From Felis catus (Eukaryota): 64,000 bases of DNA. The DNA lies in the NCBI RefSeq assembly GCF_018350175.1, contig NC_058368.1, positions 39,620,001-39,684,000 on the forward strand, written 5' to 3'. Shown here piece after piece: positions 11,943-23,764 of the stretch (its first letter is position 1; each line of letters opens with the position of its first letter). The notes under the pieces were generated by a model. It saw nothing but the letters and a program-made list of their open reading frames with translations, was not told where the DNA came from and made no database searches. The translations under genes were made by a program, and so were the position numbers.

Positions 11943-12603
11943 TCAAGGGGTACAATTTTTTACTTACAAGATAAATAAGGTCTAGGTATCTACTACCCAG
12001 CATAGTGGCTACAGTTAATAATACTATACTGTATATCTGAAATTTGCTAAGAGAGATCTTAAGTGTTATAACTGATAAGCGATTGAAGCAGGAAAATGAT
12101 CACCTTTAACCCAGAAGGCTGACCTACTGCTTGCATAGTTTCAATAAGGATCAAATACATGCTGGTTACTATATTCTTACAGGGTCTCATGACTATCTTT
12201 AAATCTCATCAACAGTTAATATCAAACTGAATGGTAAACACCAGAGAAATCTCGCGAAAGTAGTTTTAGGGGTAGAAATTTGAAGAAGACATTTATGATC
12301 TAACACTCTCTGCATGTCCCCTCCTTCTTGAGCATGAAGCACATAACTACCATCTTCATAAAGCAACAGTGCAGCTCTTTCTGCCCATGGGTCCTGTCCC
12401 AGTGTTATTCTAATGAACTTACTTAGTTGCACCATAAAACATCTCAAGAATTCTTTCTGGACTATTGAGCTCAACATCCTGCAACATTACCACACACACA
12501 ACATAACAATGATAACTATATGAAGTGGTGGATGTGTTAATTAACTCGATGGTGGTAATCATTTTATAATGTATATCAATCATCCACATTTTATACTTTA
12601 AAA
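11943..12603 (+). mobile_element. L1MA-type 3' UTR split by an LTR
   Basis: TCAAGGGGTACAA...AAATTTGCTAAGAGAGATCTTAAGTGTT resumes after 12486 as CACACACACA...GGATGTGTTAATTAACTCGATGGTGGTAATC. Confidence 0.85.
12073..12486 (+). mobile_element. ERV1-class solo LTR (carnivore CarLTR-like)
   Basis: TG...CA termini, 414 bp, 4-bp near-TSD TAAC/TTAC, cleanly interrupts an L1 3' UTR. Confidence 0.8.
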
Positions 12604-12902
12604 GACAAATTTAGAATTTCAAAACTATTTTTCTGTATAGAGCAAATTATCAAATGCTCACTTGCATCTGTGTCAAAGATAATTTTGATTCAATTGTTAT
12701 TTATTTATAACATAGTATATGTGCAATACGCACCTCACCATTTGCATCGTTTTAAAGAACAGGGTATAATATTATGTCTATGTGTTCAATAGTCTAGGTA
12801 CAATTTTATTAGTTACTTTTCTAGTACAAAATTGAACCACTAACCTTAAAATTTATGGATACACAGAATATGAAATGAAGAGCATGAATGAAAAGAATAC
12901 TC

Positions 12903-13128
12903 GGGGCGCCTGGGTGGCTCAGTCAGTTGAGTGTCTGACTTCGGCTCAGGTCATGATCTCACAGTTCATGTGAGATCCGGCCCTGTGCTGACAGCCCAGA
13001 GCCTGGAGCCTGCTTCGGATTCTGTGTCTCCCTCTCTGCCTGCCCCTCCCCGGCTCATGCTCTGTCTCTCTTTCTCTCTCTGTCAAAAATAAATAAACAC
13101 TAAAAAAAAAATTTTTTAAAAAGAAAAT
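12903..13128 (+). mobile_element. Can-SINE (SINEC_Fc type)
   Basis: GGGGCGCCTGGGTGGCTCAG head; TSD AAAAGAATAC. Confidence 0.94.
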
Positions 13129-14279
13129 AAAAGAATACCCAAGAAACAATTACAGAAACATGACTCTAGTACCTTACTTTTACTTAGTTAACCATAATAA
13201 TAGTCTTAAATCAGCAAAAAGTTTGGCTTCAGAAAAGGGGGAAAGGAATACCATTAGCTCCTCTCCGTATCCCTTCTCCAACACATATTTAGCCTGACAT
13301 TTTACTCACAATCATTATTTCTTGTTCTACCATTGGGTAAGTAATCATGTAAAGAACGGCAAAATGTTCTTGCCAATGAAGATCATACAACACCAAGATG
13401 GGCACAAAACTAATCTATTGCTGAGATGCTTTTGGTAGCGTATTATGGAAATGTATCTAGGTTACTTGAAAATCTCCTTTTTGAATGTTGATTTTCATAT
13501 TTTAATACATATAGAATATATTAATAACTATCTTGCCTAGAAGAGGAATAACAGAAGACCTATAGACATGAAATCATTAAACATTAAAACATCAAGGCCC
13601 AATATAGATACCATGTTTACCATGTGTCTCTAAGTATCCCCGAAACCCAGAGAATGACTACGAATGGGATGATTAAGAATGTTTAAAGTTATTTAAGAAT
13701 GATTAATAATGTTTCATGATTGAGACTATTTAAACATGATTAACAATGATTGAGGATTAAGGAGAAAAAAGATTCATTGTAATCTAACTTAAAAAGTCAC
13801 TTGTATTAAGTAGGGGCTCAAAAATAAATTTAGACTAATACAGTAATTACATTTTAGCATCCCTATAATGAATTCACTGGGGATAATATAAGAGGGCACA
13901 TTTACAATGAAACATTCTAGGGGTAAAAGAAAACAAAGATATGGAGACAAAAAAAATGTTGACTCAATTTTTATAGACACACATTTTAGCATAGTTTGGA
14001 CAATAAATGCTTACATGTAATTAATCAGTTCCTCTATAGAGTATTATAATATTAAGACAAGTTTAACCATCTGAAAACACTTTCAGAGATTTGCGTCTTA
14101 TATTGACAAGTGTAAGATAAAATTTAACAATGTGAAACTAGTATAAGCTCTCTACCTGAGATTTACTCTTTTGTCAAGGGCACAGAAATGTGACTGTAGA
14201 TATATTGGATAGTCTCACAACTGTTATAAAAGTGAACCTTGAGTACATCATACTAGATTGTTTTGCTACTAGTTTACAT

Positions 14280-14375
14280 TAAATTGAGTATTGGTGGTAT
14301 GCCCAGTACTATGTTGAAGCCTTAATACTGCAAGACATTGTTCTTGCCCTAGAGAGATTTACAGTTTGGAAGATA
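14280..14375 (-). mobile_element. L2 3' end fragment
   Basis: ATTGAGTA...ATGCCCAGTACTATG...TTCTTGCCCTAGAGAGATTTACAGT. Confidence 0.5.
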
Positions 14376-15974
14376 ATCTGTCCATACTGTGAAAAAGAGG
14401 GAATAAGAGAGAATAAAGTGCTGAATTCCAAGTTAATTTCTAAGATGGCTTTTTAAAATAGTTTATTTTTCTGTAATAACTTCATGTGTTTATACTATTT
14501 GGAACTCTTGTTAATCTACTAGGGCAAGTTATATGATAAAATTATATGAAATATATGATATATTATAAAGCCTGAGATTCCTATAGATAATTTAAAGAGG
14601 AAAGTAAGGTAACAAATTCACCATTGTGAACTTTATAAATTAAGAACAGAGATGCTTTAGAAAAACAGTACAATGCTTTACCTCTGTAGATTTTTAAAGG
14701 AAGTGTAGATTTGTTTGTTGCAGCTATATTTTGATTTTGCCTCTTCCATGAATCGGATTATAATAGCAATTTACTCATATTGGTAAAACAGTAGTATTCC
14801 CTTGATTAGAGTTTAGATATAATTATTTTCTATTGTGGTAATCAAATTTTATTTTAAATGTCTCTCATTTTAAAATGAAATTCAAACAAAATTTATGATT
14901 TAATATGGGCATACATCAAACTATATTTTAGGCTTTCATGTTTAAAACTTAAAATTGGTAGCACTGACTTGAATAAAAAACATTTTATGTACATGCAGAA
15001 AAAATATTCTCATTTCATTTGTCATGTAGAATATATTTTAGGAAATAAAATCATTTATTTAAAAATATACATTTTCTTTACAGAATATCACAGGAATTTC
15101 ATTTCATGTAAAGTTGTCCATTTCTTATCCCTATTGCATCTAATTACTCTTCAAGCATTGAATTAATTACTGAAATTTCTGTGAAAAATTAGAAGTGCAA
15201 ATTATTCCTTTAATCATTTATTATTAATTTTGTATTGTATTCTAATTTTTTTGTTTGTGTTGATACACATTTAAAGTATACCAAGTATGGTTGAATTTCG
15301 AAGGTGTCTTCTTTATATCTGGGCCACTGTCCAGACCTAAAGCTGCTCAGCGTTTCTACCTCTGCCCAGAACTCCACAAAAATTCCATCTGGATTGTCTT
15401 ATTTGGCCCATGGACCTAAATGTTTTGGAGCATCATGAGAGATAATGTGTTACATTCTGAATATAGATTTTAGTTTTCTGCAGAATTTCCACTTAGTGGA
15501 CATACCATTATGATTCTGGATATACCAGCTTCTGGTTCAGAAGAGAATCACAGACAAAAATAGGGAAATGAGGCTTATTTATCAAAATTTAGGCAATAGT
15601 TCAATTCACTGTCATAGTTTAGAACTCTCAGGGAAGAATGCAAAAAAAAAAAAAAGAAGAAGAAATCTAGGTTCAGAAAGAATAAATTCCACAGGAATAC
15701 TTAAAATCAATAACGTAAATTAAAGGAAATGTTTATTTTGGTTGCAGAAAAAGACAGGAGTTACAAGAAATATGTGTAAATATGTTTGCTGCTAGCGGAC
15801 TTTTATTATCTCATTCACTAGAATTTTGCTAGTTAAATCAGTAACTTTAAGAATAACAAGTACAACTCTATTAACCCAGACTATTTTTATTTGAAAAGCT
15901 AATGTACTGAATGATATAGTTGAGTAAGCTTGCTTGAAAACAAACAGACTAATAAAAACATAAAATTAATATAA

Positions 15975-16130
15975 AATGACTCCTGGCTTGATTCTCAGTC
16001 CCACCTCTTAAGTTCTATGTACATTGGTTAGCAAAATCTCTTTAACAATTCTGACCCACTTCTTTAACTGCAAAATAAGGGGAAATAGGGCCTATCTCAT
16101 AATGTATTCTGAAGGCTAAATGAAACACAT
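15975..16130 (+). mobile_element. MIR fragment
   Basis: Core-like ACTTCTTTAACTGCAAAATAAGGG...CCTATCTCATA...GAAGGCTAAATGA. Confidence 0.6.
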
Positions 16131-16247
16131 AAATGTTCGTTTCAGCAGTTCCAGATTCACTATAAAATTATTTTATTTATGTACCAATGAGGCAATACAC
16201 ATTTAAAAAGATATAGACATTTATATTCTACTCTAATTTCTTCAAAT

Positions 16248-16390
16248 TGAGGTTGAAAACCTTCTTCTATAAAGGGCCAGGCAGCAAATAATCTGAGTCA
16301 CAACTACTTATTTCTGTCATTGTTACATAAAAGTTGCCACAGGCCGTAGTTAAATAAATGAGTGACTGTGTTGCAATAAAGCTTCGTTTA

Positions 16391-16426
<36 letters not shown>

Positions 16427-16487
16427 AAGAAAGAAAAAAAAAGGTGTGAGCCTGATTTAGCCCACAATCATTGTTTGCTTATCCCTG
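16248..16487 (+). mobile_element. MER58A-like hAT-Charlie MITE
   Basis: CTATAAAGGGCCAG...GTCACAACTACT...TGTGTTGCAATAAAGCTTCGTTTACAAAA...GATTTAGCCCAC...TTTGCTTATCCCTG. Confidence 0.8.
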
Positions 16488-16879
16488 GAGTAGGGAATTA
16501 TATTTAGTATTAGAAATAAAGCACAGAATAAAAAGAAGAAAAGAAATTTAATAAATAGAACAAAAATTTTTCCTCTCCTGTTACCACTCTGTATTTGTTG
16601 TCCTGAGTGATACTGTTTTACCATGGCTTAATTCATATGATTCTCAACTTCCAATGTTTAATTCTATGCTTTCCAGTTTCGTATGTTCAAGTGTCTTTTT
16701 TTTAATGTCTCTATATCAAACTGATTATATAAAAAAATTCAAAATAAATTCTCTCATAAAGCAGATAAGATTCCTCTTCCCTATTCCTACGAATGGCATT
16801 GCCATTCTTGAAATTGTATGGATATGAAATCTTAACATCGTTATGATATACAATATTCGTTGACTGATATAATCCTAAT

Positions 16880-17232
16880 TCCCAATCCTTGTCTTCCTAA
16901 GCATTTTTTCAGCCTACCATAGCTGTGTCACAGAGTTCTATCCATTGAGGCATATGATGCATATAGTGAGTATTTTAGAAAAGAATTCTGTCCTTTTTCT
17001 TTCTTCCTGAAAGATAGATAGGATAACTTGGGGGCAGAAGCTATCCAGTGACCATGAAGAAAAGGCCATAAGAATAACAAATACATCAGCTGTAATATAA
17101 TTATGCCTCTAAAGACTAAGCCAACGCTGGCAGCCTTAACCTCTAAACTTAAGTGAGGAACAATCCCGAATCTGTTTAAGCTACTGTCTTCAGGTTTTCT
17201 ATCCTGTACAGTGAAAGCATCCTGATTAAGTT
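16880..17232 (+). mobile_element. MaLR LTR (MLT1J-like) within L2-like sequence
   Basis: GTGACCATGAAG...AACCTCTAAACTT...TGTTTAAGCTACTG...GGTTTTCTATC...GAAAGCATCCTGA. Confidence 0.65.
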
Positions 17233-17426
17233 ATCTTTGATTTTTTTTCAACTCTTTAACTCCCAGACCTGTTACATTGTTGGTTTCCAAATTCTGTTGA
17301 TTCTTTACTGAGAAAAATGTTTCTATTATTATTCCCAAACATTGCATTCTGATTCACCTATTTAGATGAAACTTTAAATTATCCAGAGTAAAAAGATATG
17401 GAAGAAAAAACTCTAATGTTCTATTA

Positions 17427-17548
17427 TTAGGGTGCCCACATGTCCTAATTTTCTTAGACAGTTAACACCTGGTGTACTGGTGTAATTATTAATAGCATTC
17501 TTTTCAACAGTGTCTAGATTTAACAATAAACTATAAGTTGTCTATAAT
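17427..17548 (-). mobile_element. MER94-like hAT-Blackjack MITE
   Basis: TAGGGTGCCCACATGTCC terminus, GTAATTATTAATAGC core. Confidence 0.65.
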
Positions 17549-18263
17549 CAATCTATTATTGATTCATGTAGATCAGTTTACTTAATAATCTAAATAGCGG
17601 AATCTTAAAAACTGGACAGACTGACATTTAGTGGCTCTGGAAGAACATAGTGACATTGATTGCTCATTTATCTCAGTGTCAAGTTTTGATTTCTGCATTG
17701 GATATTTCAGCATCCTCTGTGATACATATTAGGCTAGACTTAAATGGTTTGGGTATAATTGAAAGCTGTTGTTTTGTTTTGTGGGAAAGTCAAGCATGAA
17801 ACTGTATCGTTTGAAAAAGCAGGATTCATATCGCAATGACTCATTTTCTAAACAGACCTCAGACCTTTTATAGAATCTCCCACTCCTGTTGCTGTCACCA
17901 AAAGCAGGTACTGTTCTTCACTTTTGCATCAACATCAGATGTGGATGACTCAACAGAGGCTTATTTTACTCCTAGCACACTCTCATTAAAAACTGAAGTT
18001 TACTTAAGGTTTGCTCAACTGCTTTAAGTTACATAGATAAAGTTTGCATCACTGGGATTTAGAAAATCTTGCCGGTCGAATCAGCAAAGTCCAGAGGTTA
18101 CTGTTGTGCTTGTCATAGTAAAAGTAGTTAATGAATAAACGACTTTTTCTTTCTTTCCCCTTCACAGTGAGCCATGTGAGTTATCATACACAGAAGTTTA
18201 AGAAACTCTCAATACAACCTAATTGACCTGGTCCTATTTTTTTCCCTTTAAAATACCATTCCA

Positions 18264-18449
18264 GGGTGCCTGGGTGACTCAGTCTGTTGAGTGTCTGACT
18301 CTTGGTTTCAGGTCAGGTCATGACCCCAGAGTCATGGGAGTGAGCCCCGCATCTGGCTCTGTGCTGAGTGTGGAGCCATTCTCTCTCTCTCTCTCCCCTT
18401 GCCCTTTTCCCCCACTAGAGTTCCCTCTCTCTCCCCCCAAAATTAAAAA
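18264..18449 (+). mobile_element. Can-SINE (older type)
   Basis: GGGTGCCTGGGTGACTCAG head; TSD AAAATACCATTCCA. Confidence 0.92.
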
Positions 18450-20783
18450 AAAATACCATTCCATTTTCACTTTAGTTTCTATTCTGAATAACTCAGTAAA
18501 CTCTCTTCTAAGTTTAAGCTAAATTTTGGAGACTATCTTTCTGAATACTGTCCTACCAGCAGTTGCCTCTATATATTTGCTGTCATCCTAATCATCAGAT
18601 GTTGAACTTTTCTTTTATGTATTGTCACATGAACACTGCATTTTTTCATTTAATATCTAGAAAAATCAGGTTATTTAAAATAAATTAATTTGCATTTTTG
18701 TACAGCTTTCAAAGTCTTTAGATTCCCCTCTGAAGTAAGCTCAAACACCTTAGCTTGACATTTGTGGTCATGAACAATAAATTCCATTTGTTGTATCATC
18801 TTTGTCTCTTCAAGCCCCTAACACAAACCCTTGTTCAAAGAGAAGCTCATAATCCATTTTCATTTCTTAGTTTAAAGTTTTACTCAAACCTTCTCCCTAA
18901 CCGTAATATGTTCCTCTCTTATTCCTAAAAGAAATCTAAATAACTATTTGTGTCATAATGGAAAAACTTCTTGTTCAAATGAGATCATCTGAATTTCTTT
19001 CTTCTCTGACTCTACATAGGACGGGCATTTGTGAAATATGTTTTGGCACTTCAGTATGTCCTACTTGAATTAATAAGTACTTTTTGATGTTTCCTGTATG
19101 TGTTTCCCAAATAGTTCCTTGAGAGAAAGTATGTATTTGATTTATATCCTATTTTTGCCAATTATTACAGAACCATAAATATGTGTAAAATTTTAAATGA
19201 GCAACTTTTGGTAAAAATTGAGTGAATGGGTATAATGTTGACCAAATTTAATACTATGTGGACATATAAAGACTCTTTGTCTTACTCTTGTGCTAGCTTA
19301 TATTTAAATATGCTCTTCAGGTTATTTCCCCAGTTTTTAACCTCTTCCTGCAAATTACAATATGTGTAAAATGGAGGAACTATGTTCTCTACACTATTTG
19401 TACCCTAGGCAATAGTAAAGCGTACTATAGACATGAGCTCTTCCTAAATATTCTATGACCTTCCCTCAGTAGCTTTCTTCTGTATTATGTTCCCTGAGGA
19501 GTCAGAATCAGGTTCCCAATCCAGCAGTACCTACTTGAGAAAGAAGAGCGCATGATGATTTTGATAACTGCTAGATTAGAAAGTGAATATGCCTTTCTCA
19601 CTGCCAGAGACGTTGTCTGTGGCCAAAGGTGTCCCCATTTCCTATCGATGTACACATAGAACTCTCATTAAAACTGTGGAAGTTTTGAATGCACTTCTCC
19701 AAGGGTATGTGCTAAAAGATGAACATTCCTAAAATAAACTCCTTTTACATCTAAATTGCAACTTGCAGGAGGTCTCACTCCTGAGCTGTGCACAAATAAA
19801 GAGGAGGAAGACTCTCCTGTGGATAATGAGTATATGCAGAATTCTTTAGTGAATAATCACAGATACTGGTTAAGGCAAAATGCAGCTGTGCATGCATAAT
19901 AGGAGTCACAAAAAGCTGTGCTGTTAGGAGCATGATTCGCTGCTGTGGGTAAAAGAAATTAATCTGGAGATGAAAATGTTATTATGGCACTGGCTTAAGA
20001 AACTATACAATAAACTTAATGTAATTACATTTAATATAAATTTAAGAATGTAGCATAGTCACTGGATTTGAACAAGATGATTCTAAGAGAATAGGAAAGA
20101 CCCATGATGGTAATTATTTAATAATGCCTCAGGAAACATCTATTTAGAAAGTTGGATATGCTTTTCAAAAACAAAGAAAAGAAAGTTGAATATGCTCAAA
20201 AAGTTAAATACAAACAATAAATTATTTACATTTAGGATGGGTAGGTTTTGAAAACTATCATTTTGCTGACTAAGATCACACTCTAATCTGGATTTGCCAA
20301 AATTGGGGCTTGGGACCAAAATCAGGCTTGCATAGAAGAAAAGGAGAAAAGGGATTGGCCCTTTGACCCTCATCTTGCCCCTTACTCTTTTGTTTACTTT
20401 GTCACTGTTCTTTCTTTTTTGTCTCTGCACTTCTGCTTTCCTACATTCTTACTCCCCCCCCCACACTCCATTTATATTTGACCTTTTCCTGTTCACCTGC
20501 ATCCTTTTCACCCTTAATAGCATCCCTCCTCTTTTCCTATATCCTTACCCATGATATTCAGGGAGTTAAAGTTTTTATGTTATTTCATGTAGATGAAAAA
20601 CAGGAGAATGCAAAACCTGTATGCCAACCCTCCTCCATCTTCTACCGTCTTCAAGGATTATTGGTAGGTAAGCAACAGGTAAATAAACACCAAAATTTAG
20701 CAAAAATTGGCTAAATTGGCTGTTGTATGTTATATAATCAATTAGTCAAGAGAGAAAAACTGGGAAAAACTATCATGATGGTG

Positions 20784-20996
20784 TTTTTTTTTTAATGTTT
20801 ATTTATATTTGAGAGAGAGAGAGAGAGAGCATGAGCAGGGGAGGGGCAGAGAGGGAGGGAGACACAGAATCTGAAGCAGGCTCCAGGCTCTGAGCCATCA
20901 GCACAGAGCCCAACACAGGGCTCAAACCCATGAACCTTGAGATCACTACCTGAGCTGAAGTTGGTCGCTTAACCAACTGAGCCACCCAGGCACCCC
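20784..20996 (-). mobile_element. Can-SINE (SINEC_Fc type) inserted at the tail of an older SINE
   Basis: Complete body; approximate TSD CATGA(T/A)GGT. Confidence 0.93.
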
Positions 20997-21003
20997 ATGA
21001 AGG

Positions 21004-21100
21004 TTTTTATAAGTATCTTGTCCTCTGAATGTGAGTCTTGAACTCAGGACCCCAAGATCAAGAGTCACCTGATCTACCACCTGAATCAGCCAGTCACCCC
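21004..21100 (-). mobile_element. Short tRNA-like SINE (SINEC_old type)
   Basis: Reverse complement GGGGTGACTGGCTGATTCAG...GAGTTCAAG...ACTTATAAAAA; outer TSD AAACTATCATGATG at 20767-20780 and 21101-21114. Confidence 0.8.
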
Positions 21101-21263
21101 AAACTATCATGATGTTGATGAAACAGCAGGTACTCAACAGAGCTGAGGGCGAACCTTAACTCTGCGATATACAGTACTAATTTGTAATTTATGCTAAAAA
21201 TAGCTGTTGGACTTAGCCTTAACATATTCTACAGTCTATTTCTCTCTTACTCGATTATCTTTT

Positions 21264-21524
21264 GTTTTTATTTTTTAATTAAAAAAAATTTAATATCTAT
21301 TTATTTTTGAGAGACAGAGAGAGCGAGAGCGAGAGCGAGAGAGAGAGAGAGAAAGAGGATAAGCATGGGACAGGCAGACAGAGGGGGAGACACAGAATCT
21401 GAAGTAGGCTCCAGGCTCTGAGCTGTCAGCACAGAGCCCGACTTGGGGCTTGAACTCACTATCTATGAGATCATGACCTGAGCCAGAATCAGAAGCTTAA
21501 CCGACTGAGGCACCCAGGTGCCCC
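21264..21524 (-). mobile_element. Can-SINE (SINEC_Fc type)
   Basis: Complete body; TSD ATTATCTTTT. Confidence 0.93.
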
Positions 21525-21557
21525 TATTATCTTTTATTTTTTAAATATAAAAGATAT

Positions 21558-21595
21558 GTTTTTAAAAGGGTATGTAGTTTTTAAAAGGGTATGTA
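21558..21595. repeat. Perfect 19-bp tandem duplication
   Basis: GTTTTTAAAAGGGTATGTA x2. Confidence 0.95.
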
Positions 21596-21845
21596 GTTCC
21601 CTAACTAAGAAGTACAACTATAAGCCCACAGAACTTCCATAAGAAGTATTCTGCCCACGGAAATATACTAATTCCGGGAACTGGAAGCCCCATTATGTAA
21701 TTTAGTTGATAAATTCATCCCATCAACATAGAGTTCTACTATAAATGTTTGAGTATGCATGTCTCATTACCACCAGCCAGTGAACTTGGTTTCAGAAGAC
21801 TGGGACGTGTAACTCACCACAAGAACAGAGAAAGCGTCTTTTAGG

Positions 21846-21990
21846 TAAATGTTTCTCAAGCCTGGCCACATATTTGAATTACCTGGGGATCTTTTAAAAA
21901 GTACATGTTTTGTCCCCACCTCAAAGTTGTCAAGGATAGGGTCTGGGCATCAGTATATTTTAAAAACTTCCCATGTCTTTCTAAAAAGTG
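21846..21990. mobile_element. MER5-like hAT-Charlie MITE
   Basis: TTTCTCAAGCCTGGC...GAATTACCTGGGGATCTTTTAAAAA...CTGGGCATCAGTATATTTTAAAAACTTCCCA. Confidence 0.75.
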
Positions 21991-22138
21991 CCCCTTGATA
22001 TATGACCATCTGGTATAAGTAATCGGGTTACATTTATGGTTGGAAGCTCCAGGGAGGTCATAACCCTACAATTCGTTTCTCAATAGGCAAGTTGAGAGAT
22101 GTAATCATTCAATTTCTGTATTAAAAATTTTGGGGCTC

Positions 22139-22354
22139 GGGGCGCCTGGGTGGCTCAGTCGGTTAAGCGGCCGACTTCGGCTCAGGTCACGATCTCACAG
22201 TCCGTGAGTTTGAGCCCCGCGTCGGGTTCTGTGCCGACCGCTCAGAGCCTGGAGCCTGTTTCAGATTCCGTGTCTCCCTCTCTCTCTGACCCTCCCCCGT
22301 TCATGCTCTGTCTCTGTCTCAAAAATAAGTAAACGTTAAAAAAAAATTAAAAAA
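22139..22354 (+). mobile_element. Young felid SINE (SINEC_Fc)
   Basis: CpG-rich body; TSD AAAAATT..GGGGCTC. Confidence 0.96.
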
Positions 22355-23552
22355 AAAAATTGGGGGCTCTAAGTTGTTGGTGTGAGATGTCAACTACACG
22401 AGCAACATACTGTCGGTCCCAGTACCTGTCATAATTGTTTGGATGCCAGTCTACCTTCATAATTCTCCCTAAAAGCATTTGAGCCCATATAATGCCTTTA
22501 TTGTGTTTTAAAAAGCTTTCCTCAACCACCATTTTAGCTTTAATTATTCCATCTTCTTTCTGTCAGTTCTGTCTGTTGGCAAGGTCTGTCTGTTGGTGAA
22601 GCATCATCCCTGCTATATGAAAAAGATGGTCGTTAAGGAAACTGACTATTATTATAATGCTTTTGAGTTGTGTTCCCTCCAAGGTTACCAGGTTGTCTTC
22701 TGGAACTGATAAAGTTACCATTAATCATGAGAGAAGAAAGTTACTATTTCCCCAATCTATGCTGCTGCCACCACTCAAAGCATTATTAGCACAATTGAAT
22801 AAACCACTACCACTTTCTCAAGCTTTGTTATGCAGCTGGGTCAATTTAGTGTTTCATTTACTGTACAAATATTTAATTAAACTTTAATAGGTGTCAGGTT
22901 CTCTGCTAGAAGTGAGAAGTAACTGTTTCTGTAGTCAACAATACTTTTAGTGCAGTTTCTGCCTTCTGTTGACATCCACAGAAATAACATGGCAACCAAA
23001 ATCATTGCCCTGCCCTAACTTCAGCTCACCCAAGGAGAGAAAATTCCTATTTCCACTTTTGTGACACCTTCTTTTATTTTGGTACAAAAGCGCTATTGGC
23101 TTGTTATTGGACTCTTCTCACAGCTTTTTCATTTGAAAATGTTTTTGACTGGTTCTTTTTGTTTGTTTGTTTGGTTGAACGGTCTACTTTATTCCCTAGG
23201 GAACTTGAAGAGCTGTGTGCTTATGTGTGAAATGGGAAAGGGACTTTTATTCTGAATGACATGCACCATGTTCTGTTAAATAATGTCTGTTTGTTTGTTT
23301 TCCTTTTCCCCACAAGCTGAAGACATTGGTCTTGGAAAAAATCCTCACCATCTGTTCCTCAATCCTTTATGCTGACAAACTCTGAGAGACATTTTGTGGA
23401 CATAGGGGAATTATATGTAGGCTCATGATATGACACTTATAATTAGATATAATTATTTCATTGATCATTTATTACACATTTGTAACTTTAAATTTTATTA
23501 CTATTTACCGTGCTTTAATAATATACATTTGTTTTTATAAGAAACTATTTAA

Positions 23553-23764
23553 GAGGCACCTGGGTGGCTCAGTTGGTAAAGTGTCCAACTGCAGCTCAGG
23601 TCATGATCTCACGGTTTGTGAGTTCAAGCCCCACGTGCTGACAGCTCAGAGCCTGGATCTTGCTTCAGATTCTGTGTTCCTCTCTCGCTCTGCCCACCCC
23701 CCCAACTCGTGCTCTCTCTCTCTCTCTCTCAAGAACAAATAAAACGTTGAAAATTTTTTTAAAA
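23553..23764 (+). mobile_element. Can-SINE (SINEC_Fc type)
   Basis: TSD AAGAAACTATTTAA. Confidence 0.93.

Noticed and set aside
19501..19730. 52-codon open frame, possible minus-strand exon and an ATGATGA C box
   Set aside because: Unrecognised peptide; the minus-strand exon has stops in all three frames; no D box or terminal stem at snoRNA distance.
21004..21100. tRNA gene (also 51888-51999)
   Set aside because: The tRNA-like A/B boxes belong to a short SINE with an A tail and, for this copy, a TSD.
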